Source: an uncultured virus (IMG/VR IMGVR_UViG_3300031760_003860)
Lineage: Duplodnaviria; Heunggongvirae; Uroviricota; Caudoviricetes
Length of the DNA stretch: 64,000 bases
Virus record (IMG/VR): IMGVR_UViG_3300031760_003860
Strand: one strand, 5' to 3'
The notes beneath the pieces were generated by a model. The model did no database searches. It worked only from the letters and a program-made list of their open reading frames with translations, and was not told where the DNA came from. The translations under genes were made by a program, and so were the position numbers. Each line of letters starts with the position of its first letter. The stretch's first letter is position 1. Positions 11,101-22,800 of this stretch are shown here, piece by piece.

Positions 11101-11712
11101 GTACAAATTTATGATGATACTCTTACATGTGTCACGAGTAAAGAAGTCAACAGTTATGCAGTTCATCTTAAACTGGTACCAGTTGTATCTGTAGACACAT
11201 TTAGAGATAATGGTTATATCTCATTTATCAACAATATAATTGATTTAAGTGATAAACTAGATGATATCAAAGAAAAAACACATAACAACTTTGGAATCAT
11301 TCTGCGTTTTTATAATACGTATGGTTATTCAAGTAACTTTACTGTAGATAATGGTGACCCTCTTGGTTTAGTTAACTTGTCTATTTCATATGCTATCAAA
11401 GTATCATATGGAGTTGTTGTAGATAGTCTGTTTAACGATATTAAGATATTTATCAAAGAGCAGATTGAAAACTCTAATACAAACGGTTCTAATAGTACGT
11501 TTTTATCTAATTTAACGACAGCGATTGAGAATAAATTTGCCGATGTAGAATACTGTAAATTCTTAGGTTTCAATACGTTTAGCCCAGAAATTCAAATCAT
11601 TGAAGATAATACTATTGGCGATATTTCTTCTTTAGATAAAAATGAGCGTATGACATATATACCAGAGTTCTTAACTGTAAAATTAGATGATATTACTTTA
11701 GTAGAACTTTAG
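8122..11712 (+). CDS. Large baseplate-wedge-like virion protein with an internal FN3-like domain and four Zn-finger repeats
   Basis: 1196 aa. IRIEYYTCEGKATNF and GINGAD...ELR resemble baseplate wedge motifs. Cys repeats at ~10594-10986. Confidence 0.6.
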   Translation: MAADYSNIYDVKKFAMENILPNFFDMEEANTFNIGLLGYLNEIIGNITEDTFNSMSFYMQEMSPITAKLKSSIYSILAKFRYEDVFAVPTETHLALFIKESDITDNAEKTTDSLTNETTYTFILDRNMVVDVDGHSYMMDYDLKIVARLYKGDFIYQAKYDKSFSNTISNINSPYTTCKRVNIGGTNYLMVSVVAHQVTKETYEDALISNDVLNLPTIKFEYTGNLCGFNIFYTDAETGIEQQLTPILYKYSPLSTPFCFYKMSDEGEVTISFTSKDEYFRPSFGSDIRIEYYTCEGKATNFDSYNGIDINVKPSSEIYDYNNGLVMIGVVVSSGINGADMPSIDELRIKANVLETTADSIGTESDITQLFSSFVNSYGDVLKFAKYRDDALFRTFMAFALLKNGNGDIYGTNTLNIILRAYNNDFDVEYEQSNRMIIKPGRIFSFEQDSTKDISSLKHLTVSDEELNDYGNRMLYTNPFLISVCKQPQSVSYYINTIDKQIMMDYKYANETCFTQFNCNKLVVSRDAIGGDTSYKVYVNISLTSSMSVISSIDSIDNLDEDYTVDDTETNIENTEVNNEFEDITEENIEEKVKLLLFIYGEDSRTAYKEMSFVSYDASIDMYTFECELETDDYISSNNLLRLTNVKNYSTLQEMPTLVAMNNTQLELGIFYNSPSVISHEFSMIPEVSSMTLTNTYITDTQRCDFIKPINLINSTLLYKEEDSVVTNTEDVKLVKEPEFTASTIEEGKIDLTWVLNNPYDYVKSSFFLVLNDNINDIIELDESNLIITDGVCKYTIDDLPTNEATAIQIGQTITTNIDGNFDDFEYACACDATKGIDKIGEICPECGEEVKQFSIAQKFEYSCDCGAIQTAKNIGITCGCGSKCRRHYPLVTDRYSCNCGKLRGELYAEQICYNCKSKVEISSDTIHEYTCECGNLHTYDDLGKTCSVCGTICTRKRKDLSNNVEAKKLSRIVTLTASGNGDSVMSSNGIESVQIYDDTLTCVTSKEVNSYAVHLKLVPVVSVDTFRDNGYISFINNIIDLSDKLDDIKEKTHNNFGIILRFYNTYGYSSNFTVDNGDPLGLVNLSISYAIKVSYGVVVDSLFNDIKIFIKEQIENSNTNGSNSTFLSNLTTAIENKFADVEYCKFLGFNTFSPEIQIIEDNTIGDISSLDKNERMTYIPEFLTVKLDDITLVEL

Positions 11713-11724
11713 AACAGTTTTATA
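11713..11724 (+). promoter_or_regulatory. AR9-type late promoter AACA-N6-TA
   Basis: AACA-GTTTTA-TA at the start of a ~400-nt non-coding structured region. Confidence 0.6.
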
Positions 11725-12119
11725 ATGAATATAAAATCGGTGTCTGAAAGTTTGGTGTAAAACGAAACTAGATATCGGATTAAATTTAAACCTAGCGTGT
11801 GTAATATGTTCATGATTCTTAAAATTCGTCTTATCGAGAGAAATAAACTTTAGGTATGGTATAGAGTGCTAAAGCCGGGGGTATACCATGATATAAAATA
11901 ATAAGATTTAATATTCTTATTACTCGACCTCATATTGGGTTTTTGTATAACCAAAAAGTTTTACCCATTCTTGGTATTTTATTTGATTATATAGTTTAAA
12001 TTTATTTCGATTCTTAGGATTAGTGGAGTAGGCAATAAGTGAACGTGCTTTTTAATATGGTTCTACCGATTTTATTTATACGCAAACTATAATGGGCTTC
12101 TCAATAGAGGAAGCCCTTT
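11725..12119 (+). ncRNA. Candidate large structured ncRNA
   Basis: Closing stem ATAAAATCGGT (11731-11741) / ACCGATTTTAT (12065-12075), nested stems, terminator at 12094-12119, no ORF. Confidence 0.5.
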
Positions 12120-12147
12120 GTATATAAAAAATAAGGAGGTAATAAAT

Positions 12148-13134
12148 ATGAATCCATTTGGAAATGCAAATACTAAGGTGACTTCTCATACTGGTTATAC
12201 TATGAAAAAAGAAAAACCTATAAAAGAGATGTTCGCAAACAATTCATACACAGTTATGAAAGAAAATGCTGCTGAAGCTGCTTTAGACAAACATATTGAG
12301 CAGAAGGCACAAAGAATTGCAAAGCAGGAGAGAATGAATAGTGTGATCGAATCTCAGACTAAGAGAACCCGCGTTACTTCAAAGTTAAATGAAGTTTCCG
12401 AGTCTATGAAAGAGCTTACTTTTACAAATATCTTAACAGAGATGTATATTGAATCTTTAGTTTTAGATGAAGATTTTAAGAAAGAAAAGAGAGCTCAATT
12501 AGAAGGATTTATCATTGACTATGTAAAATCAAACGGCGGTTATACATTCTTAACTGAAGCTGCTAGGAATCATCCAGAAGTACCACTTTTGCAGGCAATG
12601 GTAGAAGCTTGTGAAGATATTGCTTCTTTGTCAGCTTCTAAGAAATACTCTTATGCTATGGAGAATAACTTAACTTCTATTGATGATATCGATTTAAACT
12701 TCGATGATGAATGCCGAGATGAATTGGCTTGTAAAGTTGATAAGTTAGATATTAACGAATTAGCTAATGCTGTAAAGAATAAAGTTATTTCTGTAGTAAA
12801 AGATGAAAAAGAACGCCAGGAAGCAGCTAAAGCTGAGGAAGAAGAATTATCCCAGATGAATGAAGAGGATAAGAAAGTAAGCGAATCTCTCCACATTATG
12901 CAGATGGGAAGACCTTTGGAGGTTCCTACACTTTTCAATGCAATCATGCGTAGCAGCTACAAAGATATGCTTGAATCAGCTAATAGTGAAGTTTCTATGG
13001 ATATGGTTATGGCTGAGACAATTGCCAAGTATACTTTATTGGAGTTATCAAATACCATTCTGCTTGAGAACTACAATTCTACAAATACAGAAGCTATCAT
13101 CTTAGATTTGATGTATGGAGCTGAAAAGAAATAA
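12148..13134 (+). CDS. Hypothetical helical protein (probably virion-associated)
   Basis: RBS AAGGAGG before ATG 12148 (track start 12118); terminator hairpin follows at ~13143-13179. Confidence 0.7.
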   Translation: MNPFGNANTKVTSHTGYTMKKEKPIKEMFANNSYTVMKENAAEAALDKHIEQKAQRIAKQERMNSVIESQTKRTRVTSKLNEVSESMKELTFTNILTEMYIESLVLDEDFKKEKRAQLEGFIIDYVKSNGGYTFLTEAARNHPEVPLLQAMVEACEDIASLSASKKYSYAMENNLTSIDDIDLNFDDECRDELACKVDKLDINELANAVKNKVISVVKDEKERQEAAKAEEEELSQMNEEDKKVSESLHIMQMGRPLEVPTLFNAIMRSSYKDMLESANSEVSMDMVMAETIAKYTLLELSNTILLENYNSTNTEAIILDLMYGAEKK

Positions 13135-13408
13135 AGAAAGCAAGGTAAAGGATTTATCTATTCCTTTACCTTACTTTTTATTCGTTCATACGTTTTTAAA
13201 ATATTATTTACAGTTTCTAATACTTTAGATGTCTTGCAACTGTTTTAATCGTCTCAATTTTATATTTAACTTCTTTATATGACTCCATATATCCATTGAT
13301 ATAAAAAACATTTACTCAATTTCTCTATATAAATATAATTAATAGAATAAGACCTCTCGCACAAAATAGACTAAGGGATAAGCCATCATAATTTTATTGG
13401 CTTATCTC

Positions 13409-13720
13409 TTAGTCCTCTCGCTTTAGTATTTCTACTGCATCATTACGGCAGACAATTTTTAATGCAAAAACTGCAAACTCTGGCGATATGTGTGTCGAAA
13501 TACTAGATAAAACGATATCAAATAATTTATTTATGTTCTTCCCTTCGGGAACTGTAATAGTAATTCTCTTATTGCCATGCATAGTTACTGTACACTTTTC
13601 AGACAACTCATTATAAATATTCTGCATGACTTCGTCTATATTCAAATTCGCTTCATTATAACGCTTACGCGTTTCGTTTGCTTCTTTTGAAGCATTTTCT
13701 AAAAAATCACTTAAATTCAT
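13409..13720 (-). CDS. Hypothetical protein
   Basis: 103-aa ORF with GGGGTG RBS and an AACA-N6-TA promoter at 13753-13764 (-). Confidence 0.65.
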   Translation of the reverse strand: MNLSDFLENASKEANETRKRYNEANLNIDEVMQNIYNELSEKCTVTMHGNKRITITVPEGKNINKLFDIVLSSISTHISPEFAVFALKIVCRNDAVEILKRED

Positions 13721-13803
13721 TATTTTGTCACCCCAAAAATATATATTTTTATTACTAAAATGTTTCGCACCAAAGTAAAAAAGTAATATGATAGAGATAG
13801 CAA

Positions 13804-14463
13804 TTATATTATGCTATCTCTATCAATAACTCTATCTTTTATCTCTTGTATAGATTTCCAATTCTCAATTTTCTTTTTATTATATTTACAGTCATATTTA
13901 TCCATAAACTCAATTTCAATTTCTACTCTAGGTTTTGATGAATATAATTTGCGAATTCTTCCATCTACAATAAGAGAATCATCTAATAAAAAATAACCTT
14001 GGACCATATCAGAATATGTTTTACCTAGATTATCCCAATCTGGTCTGCTAATATGAAAAAGCAGTTTTAATTCGGCACATATCTTTTCTATCTTAGACAT
14101 AGAAGAAGGTATTTCCGAATATGTTGTAACATAGAATTTAGTGGGAGTAGTAATAGAAAAATCTAAATCTTTACACTCCTCTACGAACTGCTTAAATACC
14201 GCATTATTATCAGATGCATCCTTCACATAAAAATGCCTATGGAAACTTGTTGTTCTTGGTCGAGATGTCGGTTTAGGGGTCATATAGAATACAAATTCTA
14301 ACTTATTCCATCTCTTATGTAGCAATTTATCAACTGCTACTTTTAACTTCTCTAAATCTTTCTTAGAGAATTTCATTTTATCCATCATCAAATGAAATCT
14401 ATCCATATAATTATCTGGTATATCATCATATTTTTTAAAATATTCCCTGTATTTCTTTTTCAT
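13804..14463 (-). CDS. rusA: RusA-like Holliday junction resolvase
   Basis: PKPTSRPR, RPDWDNLGKTYSD, LLDDSLIV and KLYSSKPRVEIEI match RusA motifs. Confidence 0.85.
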   Translation of the reverse strand: MKKKYREYFKKYDDIPDNYMDRFHLMMDKMKFSKKDLEKLKVAVDKLLHKRWNKLEFVFYMTPKPTSRPRTTSFHRHFYVKDASDNNAVFKQFVEECKDLDFSITTPTKFYVTTYSEIPSSMSKIEKICAELKLLFHISRPDWDNLGKTYSDMVQGYFLLDDSLIVDGRIRKLYSSKPRVEIEIEFMDKYDCKYNKKKIENWKSIQEIKDRVIDRDSII

Positions 14464-14477
14464 AAATAACCTCTTTT

Positions 14478-16730
14478 TTAGAAATAGAAGAAGCCACCTA
14501 CCCAGTTCTTAATTCCTGCCATAAAACTTGTCAAAATATTTTCTGGGATGTCTTCAACTCTTCCTACTATTGCAGCAACTAATGTTTCTAATTTTAGCAT
14601 TAACTGGGGGCGCGTAATATCCACACCACACATAACGCTCAAATACTAATGTGTTAAGTTAGTTCGTTAGACTAACTAAATTATTGATTTAAAAATCTCA
14701 AACTATAATCACGCACATTACCGTGCAAAGCTTAAAATCCTGTCATACTAGAAAGGATATAGGTTTTTAAATCAAATAATTTCTCTATCTCTCGATAGAT
14801 GTACAGACTATATCTTCATATATACACCTGTTACCAGTGCATACATGCCTACCATTTCGTAAAGAACTATTATATAGTTCACCCTCACTTGAGGTCTACT
14901 CTACTCAGTTACTCTCCTAGATATTTCTATCTAAGATACCCTTTCGATAGTCGTTGAACTCATATCTTATAAATAAGATACTTCGCTGCGTCGATTGTCT
15001 CTATCTTTAACCTTTTTACTATACCTTTGGAGTTACCCATTGCCACTAGATGTATTACTACTCTAGTTTAGTAGTTAAAGCTTAACAAGACTTCCCCGCA
15101 ATTAGATAGGTTTTACATGAACTAATAGTTAATTCATTAAAGCCGTATTCTTAAAGAATTTAATTGGCTCTGTGGATTTATTCATAAATAAAGAAGAATA
15201 TAGCTCTCTTACTCTTACAGTACATACAATTCTTGTTGGTAAACCTTCATGCGACCAATGCCCTTCTCCACCTTTTTCAATGGATAAAGACTCAATAATA
15301 GCTAATTCAGTATTAAAGAATCCAGGGCAGAATGCTTTTATTAAGAAAGGCGATTTATATGAGTTAGGTCCTGAATATTTAGGCATAGCGAAAGCTAATA
15401 AATGGCATAGAGGAACGATACAATTGTAATAAATTGCTTCCCTCGTACCATAAGGACTAACTAATTCAACAGTAAAATCAAAACTAGCTTCATGGTCTGA
15501 ATCTTCCCAAATTTCAGGAAATGCAATATTTGCCCCTCGAACTACTTGACTTGTGGAACCAACTAATCTGCTAATCGCACTATTAGAATTATTCAATCCT
15601 GCCGCTGTAGCAAGAGAACCTAAGCCTTCTATTCCTGTTGTAACTCCTGATGACACTGCATTTACAAGTTTACTTTGACCTGTTAAAAACTGTAATTCTT
15701 TTACCATAGCTTCACCACTTTCAAATCTACTTTTCAATGAAGATTCTCTTGTTCTATTGGTAAATGTATCAGAATAAGAAGTCATCGGATTAGCATAGAA
15801 AGGGATATATGAGTATTTACCATATAGGTTTTCTTCTAATTCCTTTGCAGCCCTAGATAATGCCGACTTCTTTGCTTTTTTTGTTTTTGCTTTTTTAGCA
15901 CTAGTTTCTGTAGTAAACGTGCTTTTGTCATTCTTTTCTTTGGTGTAGTCATCTCTCCATTTATAATTCTTCCAATTATAACGCTTTAAAGCAACTTTTC
16001 CTCCTGGAGCTTTCTTGTCACCAAGACCCATATAAATAGCACACATTCTACATAACATATTTACATACTTCATGTATGTGGCATAATCTTCTTTTAATTC
16101 AAAGTATCTTACATTTTTATCGCCTTTAATGATTTTATTTATAATGCTTTTCGTATCAGCAGTTGTATCATATTCTGAATCACCAAATAATGTACTTAAA
16201 GCTTTACGCTCCTTTTTCGATACATTAGGAAGATAGTTTGCTTTTCCCGGCACAATATATACTAAAGGAGCTTCTGTCATTATACGGTTGATATATTCTC
16301 TGCCCAACTTCAATGAAGTACCTCTGTAATCTACAGATTTTGTAAAATGGTGAGGTGCCCCAAATAAATGTGGGTTACAATTTAAAAATGCAGCATCATC
16401 GTATCCTGAGTTTAAAATGGCAGCATATTTCTTAGCCATAGCTTTAGACTCTTTATTTAACTTAGCTGTTGTTTTCTTCTTAGTTTCTTTTTCTTTATTT
16501 GCTTTTGTATTTTTATTAGTTGTCTGCGATTTTGCAACTTTAAGATATTTTCCATTAGACCAACCGCCATCTTTCCACTTATACCAAGTAACTGAGCCAA
16601 CTTTTTTTGAGTCTACAACAATTCCAGAATATCCTGATTTAAGACTGCCTATTATCTTAAAACTAGTCCCAGCCCCGCTACGTTTATTTAAAACACTACA
16701 ATTAACAACTTTAGCTGTTTTATTTGCCAT
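14478..16730 (-). CDS. Virion structural protein with N-terminal SH3b, spliced: exons 16730-15132 and 14645-14478
   Basis: SH3b nearly identical to the 6591 protein. The ORF stops at the first codon (TAA) of an intron. Exon 2 reads YLSVMCGVDITRPQ...GGFFYF* in frame. Confidence 0.8.
14646..15131 (-). mobile_element. ORF-less group I intron (dispersed family copy)
   Basis: P1 ATGAAT|TAACTATTA-GTTCAT with U.G; full P/Q/R/S core; ends ACACATTAG; removal restores the frame. Confidence 0.93.
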
Positions 16731-16793
16731 AATTTTTACCTCCTTATCGTAAAATATAAGATAAAGGAAGCATCAATTTATCTGATGCTCCTT

Positions 16794-16805
16794 TATCTCA
16801 TTGTT
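16794..16805 (-). promoter_or_regulatory. AR9-type late promoter
   Basis: AACA-ATGAGA-TA on the minus strand upstream of the 16730 gene. Confidence 0.55.
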
Positions 16806-16824
16806 TTTCTGGGAAAAAATTAAA

Positions 16825-19800
16825 CTATCTACCTCTGCTAATATTCTTAGCAGTCGCATAACCCTTTCCAGCTTTTGTTGTGGTTGCTGTATTAGAAGTT
16901 GCAACGTTATTAGTTGTATTAACTACATTATTTGTATTGCTTGCCTTTATCCCAGAAATTGCTGTACGAACTTTTTCAAGTCCTTCTGTAGAATTTCCTG
17001 TATTCGTAGCGATAGCTTCTAAGAATTTAAGCATTTCTTCTAATACTTGTGTACTATCTTTCTTTTCTACTACACCAACTTGAATTCCACCATAGCCTCC
17101 AATTGGTTTACGCAACTCAATCGAATTTCTATGATAATTCATATTGCTTGTAGATGGTTTATTATTCTTTGGTATATAGTAGTTACTATAAGAGCTAACT
17201 GATAAACCGTCGCCTTTTCCACCACCAACACCCATCGCTTTTAAGATTCTAGTACCAGTAGATTCTACAGATGGTGCCCATGTTGTACTAATAGAGCCGT
17301 TATTGTTATAAGCATAGCCTTTCTTAGCTGGATTATTACCCATACCGATTGAATCGATACTCTTAGCTCCATATTCTGTATAATATTTATCAAGAAGATT
17401 TGAACTGTATATACCAAATGATTCTCCTAAATTATTAGGATTAAATGTTTTAGCACCCCCATATGGGTTAGAGTTAACCGCACCCCATCCCCATAGGTTA
17501 CCTTTATTTCGAGCAATGCTAGAAGTACCCCAACCAGATTCTAATGCGCCAATGGCTAATGGAACCAATGCAGATAAACCTGTTTTCCCTTGGGCTTCAT
17601 AGATACCTTTGGCATCTTTATTCAAATTAGCATTAGTAAATACTGAAGTTGGATGCCCGTTGATAAATGCACCCTTTAGTGCAGATGCGATCTGCTCTTG
17701 TGATGCGAATGGAATAGATTTCAAGTCTGCCGTTCTAAATGAAGAACCAGTCATATTCTTAATAGATGAGCCGGATAGATTTGTTACGGTAGATGAACTT
17801 GAACTACTACTATTATCGCTATCTTCAAAAGGATTAGATGAGAATCCCCATGATTTCCAAACACCAGAATCCAAAGCATCATCAAATATAGATACAACTC
17901 TATCTAAAGCTGTCGCCGATTCATTACTACTTGAATCAGAACTATTAATTCCGGAGAAATCGGATGTACCATCGTAATTAGGACGACCATACCCAAGAAT
18001 TTTACTTGTAGCAAGGGCGTAACTCTTTTCAGCAACACCTCCACCATTATCTACTACACCAGCACCAACTGATGTATTTCCTTCTACAGTGTATACTTTT
18101 CCGCTATCAACATTTGTTACAATACCTACATGGTTTGCACCTGCATGTCTAGAACCAGAAAAGAATATAATATCACCAGGTTGAGGATTTGAAGTAGTAA
18201 ATTGGTTTTTATTCTTAAATGCTCTCATCATTCCATCAGCAGAACGTGTTAAACTCAATAAAATACTTGTCGCTTTATTCTTATTTTTTCCGGCTGCTAT
18301 ATAGAAGCACCAAGAAACGAATGAAGCACACCAATAGTTTCCATTTGAACCAAACACATCTCTTTCGTATTTTGTATAATTTGAGCTACCAGCATTACCT
18401 GTCTTACTGTCTAAGTTGTTATTGGATGCTTTTTCTACATAACCAACTTCATTCTTAGCTACAGCAATAACATCGGTAGCTGTAAAATTGTTTCCACCCT
18501 TTCCACCAAGAACTCTACTCATTCTTACTGTACCTCGACCACCATTAGTGAATGACCAAGCTGCATTTGTAGAATTAACTAAATCTTTAGCTGAGTATTT
18601 TCCTGAGTATTGCTTTCCTCTAGGGTCGTTTATGATATAGTTACCTGCTTTATCTTTTCCAACTGCTACGACATAATGTCCAGCATTTGTATAAGGTGTA
18701 CCGTTACCGCCTCTACCAGATAATAATACAGGTCCATTCGCTATCTGCGAATCAAGTGCCTTTTGCGTTGGTTTAATATTGATAGCAGAACTCAAACCAT
18801 ATTGGCTTGCTGTATCTGAAACGAAATTCCAGTTTGTTCCTGTACTATCATTGTAACCTTTTGCTTTTGTATAATCTGCAATTTGTTTAGGATTAACATC
18901 TCCACGCATACCTTTAACGATCATAGCCATAGCTGTAGGTCCACAACCATTATCTGCTAGGGTACCACCATCATTGGCACTATACGAAGTATTACCCCAT
19001 CTTGCATCTTTTTGTGAGAAGTAAGGGAAGTTATTAGCTTCGTCTCCTTTCCCTCCTCCAATTCCAAAGAATTTTCCTTTTCCTCTACCGCCTGTTCCTT
19101 GTCCAACAGCAGTAACTCCAGAAATATCTTCATTGATTGTTTCACCTTTACCAGAAATCCAACTTGTAAATGAGTCCCAAGCATTACTTACTGTATCTTT
19201 TGCACTACTCCATGCACTCGAAATTTTATCTTGGATTTTATTGAACGCATCACTCATTCCAGATTGTTTCTTAATATCGGCTTTGTACGTCAATAAAGGT
19301 TTATATTTTTCATTGAACTCTTCGTCACTAATTCCAGTTTCAAGAGGACTATGTGTTGCACTACAGTGTGTCCAGCCATTTTTCTCTCTAATATAGTAAG
19401 AACCATCTGGAGATATATAACCTTCAAATGTAGATGATGAGAAAAAGTCTACTACTGCAGTCTTGGCAGAATTTAGTTTGCCAGCTAGATAACCTCCAAT
19501 TCCCTTTTCTTTAATCTCTGCAGTTAAAGCTGAAAATTTCTCGGATACTTTTGAACCAATTGTTTTAAAAGCCCCACCAACAGCTTTAAGACCTTTAGAA
19601 AATGCTTTTGCTGATTTTGAACCAATATTAGCAATTCCTGAACCAGCTTTTTCCAAAACATTTTTCTCAACTGTAACCGTCTGTTCTGTTAATGTAGGAA
19701 TAATATCTGTAAGGTCATTTATACTAATATTCTCTGATAGTAAACTTCCTGTGCTAGAATAATAAGAAACGTTTCCTTTGTTGATTACGTAATAGTTACC

Positions 19801-22800
19801 TTCAGCATCGTAATATCTAGTTTCTTTCTTACCAAGTAAAAAAGAACCAATATTATTTTTAATTTTGTTAGCTGTACTTCCAACTTTATTAGCTAGTTTG
19901 CTAGCTTTAGAGCCAATTGACTTAAATAGTCCAGTAATGGCTTTTGAAGCTTTGTTGAATCCACTTGAGGCAGCGTTTCCAACTTTACTAAATCCATCTC
20001 CAAGTTTTCCAAGAATATTCTTTTCGGTAGTAATAGTTTTTTCAACTAAAAGATTAGTTTTTAGAAGTTCTGTAAATTCGTCGGCAGTGATATTACTAAT
20101 AGGTGTTCCTGAAGCTTGGTAATATGTGTAACTCTTGCCATTATCTTCAGTCGCATAATAATTACCACTTTCGTCATACCATACTTTATCTTTTCTTCCT
20201 CCAAAAAACGCACCAATATTACTAGACGTTTTTGCAACCGCTGATGCAGCACTACTAGCTAGTTTGCTAGCTTTAGAGCCAATTGAACTAAAGAATTTTG
20301 TTGTGGCATTAAAGCCTTTCTTAAATCCTTTCGATACAATATTGCCAAGTTTTTTCGAACCTTCTACAATAGCAAAATCTCTAACAACTTTTGTACCAGC
20401 TTTAACTTGAGCATTGCCCATTAACGTATAGAGCTCTGTATCCGATATAGGTTCTACAGGCATAACATCACCATTTACATTACACAACTCATATGTTCCG
20501 TCGTCTTTAGCTTGATAATATTTGCCAGAACCATCAGTTAAATAGTATACCTTCTTAGTATCTCTAGTGAAGAAATTCTTAGCTCCAGTTTTTAAAGCAT
20601 TTCCAGCCTTTGATGCTAACTTGACAGTATCTTGTGCTAATCCCTTACCGACATTTAATACGGTCTTTCCTCTTTCAACATAGCGATTAACAAATTTTTT
20701 CCCAGCAGACTTTAATGTGCCTATAGGGTTATTTTTAAGTTTTTTCAATGTTTTACCAGGATGTATTAAGGCGTTACCTATACTCTTATAGTAATCTAAT
20801 TCACTTTTGACTATATTTTTAACTCCTTTAACACCAGCCTTATATGCCTTCTCGGCAATACCTTCTTTAGCAGAAACTTCTGTCTTTTTAACATTCTCAG
20901 GTAATGTTGTAGTTGTACCATACTTACTACCCTTTGAATCATAGACAGTATAAGAACCGTCACCATTATCAGAATATTTATTACCATCTTCGTCAGTATA
21001 GTATGTTTCCGCTTTAGTTCCACCTAAGAAACCTCCTATTTTAGAAAGTCCTTTTCCTACGGCTGAAAACATCTTACTTGTTGAAGTTTTATTTTTAGCA
21101 TCATTATATTCATTTTCAGTTAAATCATCAATACCAGTCTTTTCCTTAAAAGCTTGATAATCTTCTTTAAATGAACTTTGGGCAGCTTTAAATGTTTCTC
21201 CTGCCTCTTTGTCAAATAAATTACAGTAACCTTTGTAGATTTCACAAGCAATAAGCGATTTAACATCAATATCTGATAATGATTTGAAAATCTCATTCAA
21301 TACATCCAATATCGGTCCAACGATTGGACTCGCATCAATCCATGCTTTAATGATTGATGAGATTGTTCTCATTGGTGTAGTGACCTCATCATTACTCACA
21401 TGGAATAAATTTGAAGCATCTAATGCTCCAGTAACCGCACCATAGGTAGCAAATACAGCGGTACCAATTCCTAATGTAACAGCCTCAGTTCCAGTCTTAG
21501 CAGCTATTTTAGCAAGTGCTGCAGAAATCTTTGTAGCGAAAGGTGCTAATACTTTTTCAGAGAGTTTTGCCACGATTTTACTATTCATAGTTTTCTCTAA
21601 AACTTTTGCTCCTTTCTCTCCAATTAATTTTGCTAACTTACTATTACTTACCAAAGATTTTATGATTTTCTTAACAAAACCAATGAATTTACCTATAGCT
21701 GAATTACTAACTTTCTCTGTAACTTCTTTTGTAACCTTCGATATAGCTTCTTTGGTTGCAGCCTTTTTAGCTGCCCCAGTTTCCATAGCTTTACCAACGG
21801 TTTGTAATCCTTTATTATTGGAAGCAAGTAATTTGTCTGTTGCAGCACTATAAAGAGCCTGTCCTATCGTTTTTGTATCTTTAGATAGAGCAGCATAACC
21901 TCCATTATGTGCTTCATTAATACCAACTGCTCCAATATTAAGCAAAGGATTAATTGATGTTCTAGTTCCATTTACAGTAAGACCATTCATAACCATAGAA
22001 TCGCCATTTTTTACTGTACTTGCAATAACTTTACCATTTTTCGTAGTTAAAATTCTTGCATTAAAATTAGGGTCGTTGAAATCGATAGTATCTGTCTTTA
22101 CTGCTTTCGTACTAGTTGATTCTTTATTAAAGAATCTATTTTTGAATTTTGACCACCAACTTTCCTTTCCACCTACAGGATTGCCATCACTGTCAATAAC
22201 GTCACCTGTAACTCTTTCGACACCTTCGATATATTTACCAGCCTTATGAGTAGATGAACCTGCCTTACTGTAACTACCTTCAGGCATTGATATAATTGAA
22301 CCATCAGAATCCACAATTTCGATAGTTGACTCTGTTGCGGCAGTTGATGCTGATGAAATATTAGGGTGATTTTTCTCATATATTTGTCTTGTAATGTCAT
22401 CGACATTCTGCTCAATAGTGAGTGAATCGTCCCATGTAGCATTGACGCCATTTTTCTTAGCATCTTTAATATAAGAGTTTTTAATTTTATTATACTCTTT
22501 AGAATCTGCTTGTTCAAGAACCTTTGTAGCAAAATTAGAGTCACTAGTAAATCCTGTAGTAGATGCTGTTTCGGTAGCATTTGCACTAGCTTTCGCAGTT
22601 GCTTTCTCGCTGGTAGTTGCACCAACTTTAGCAGTCTCTTTTTGTTTTCCATATATAGAGTTATAACGTATATCATTTAGTGTCGAATTAGCATACTTAT
22701 CTTCAAGAAGAAGTGTTTCTCCTTTTGTTGATGCTTCTAATGCAGGTGTAGCATTTGCAGTAGTTCCAATAGCAGATTTCTCCCTAACAGCAATTGCGGC

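Noticed and set aside
14646..15131. Calling the dispersed introns autonomous IStrons
   Set aside because: No tnpA/tnpB ORF or remnant is visible in them or in the window; kept only as one mobility hypothesis
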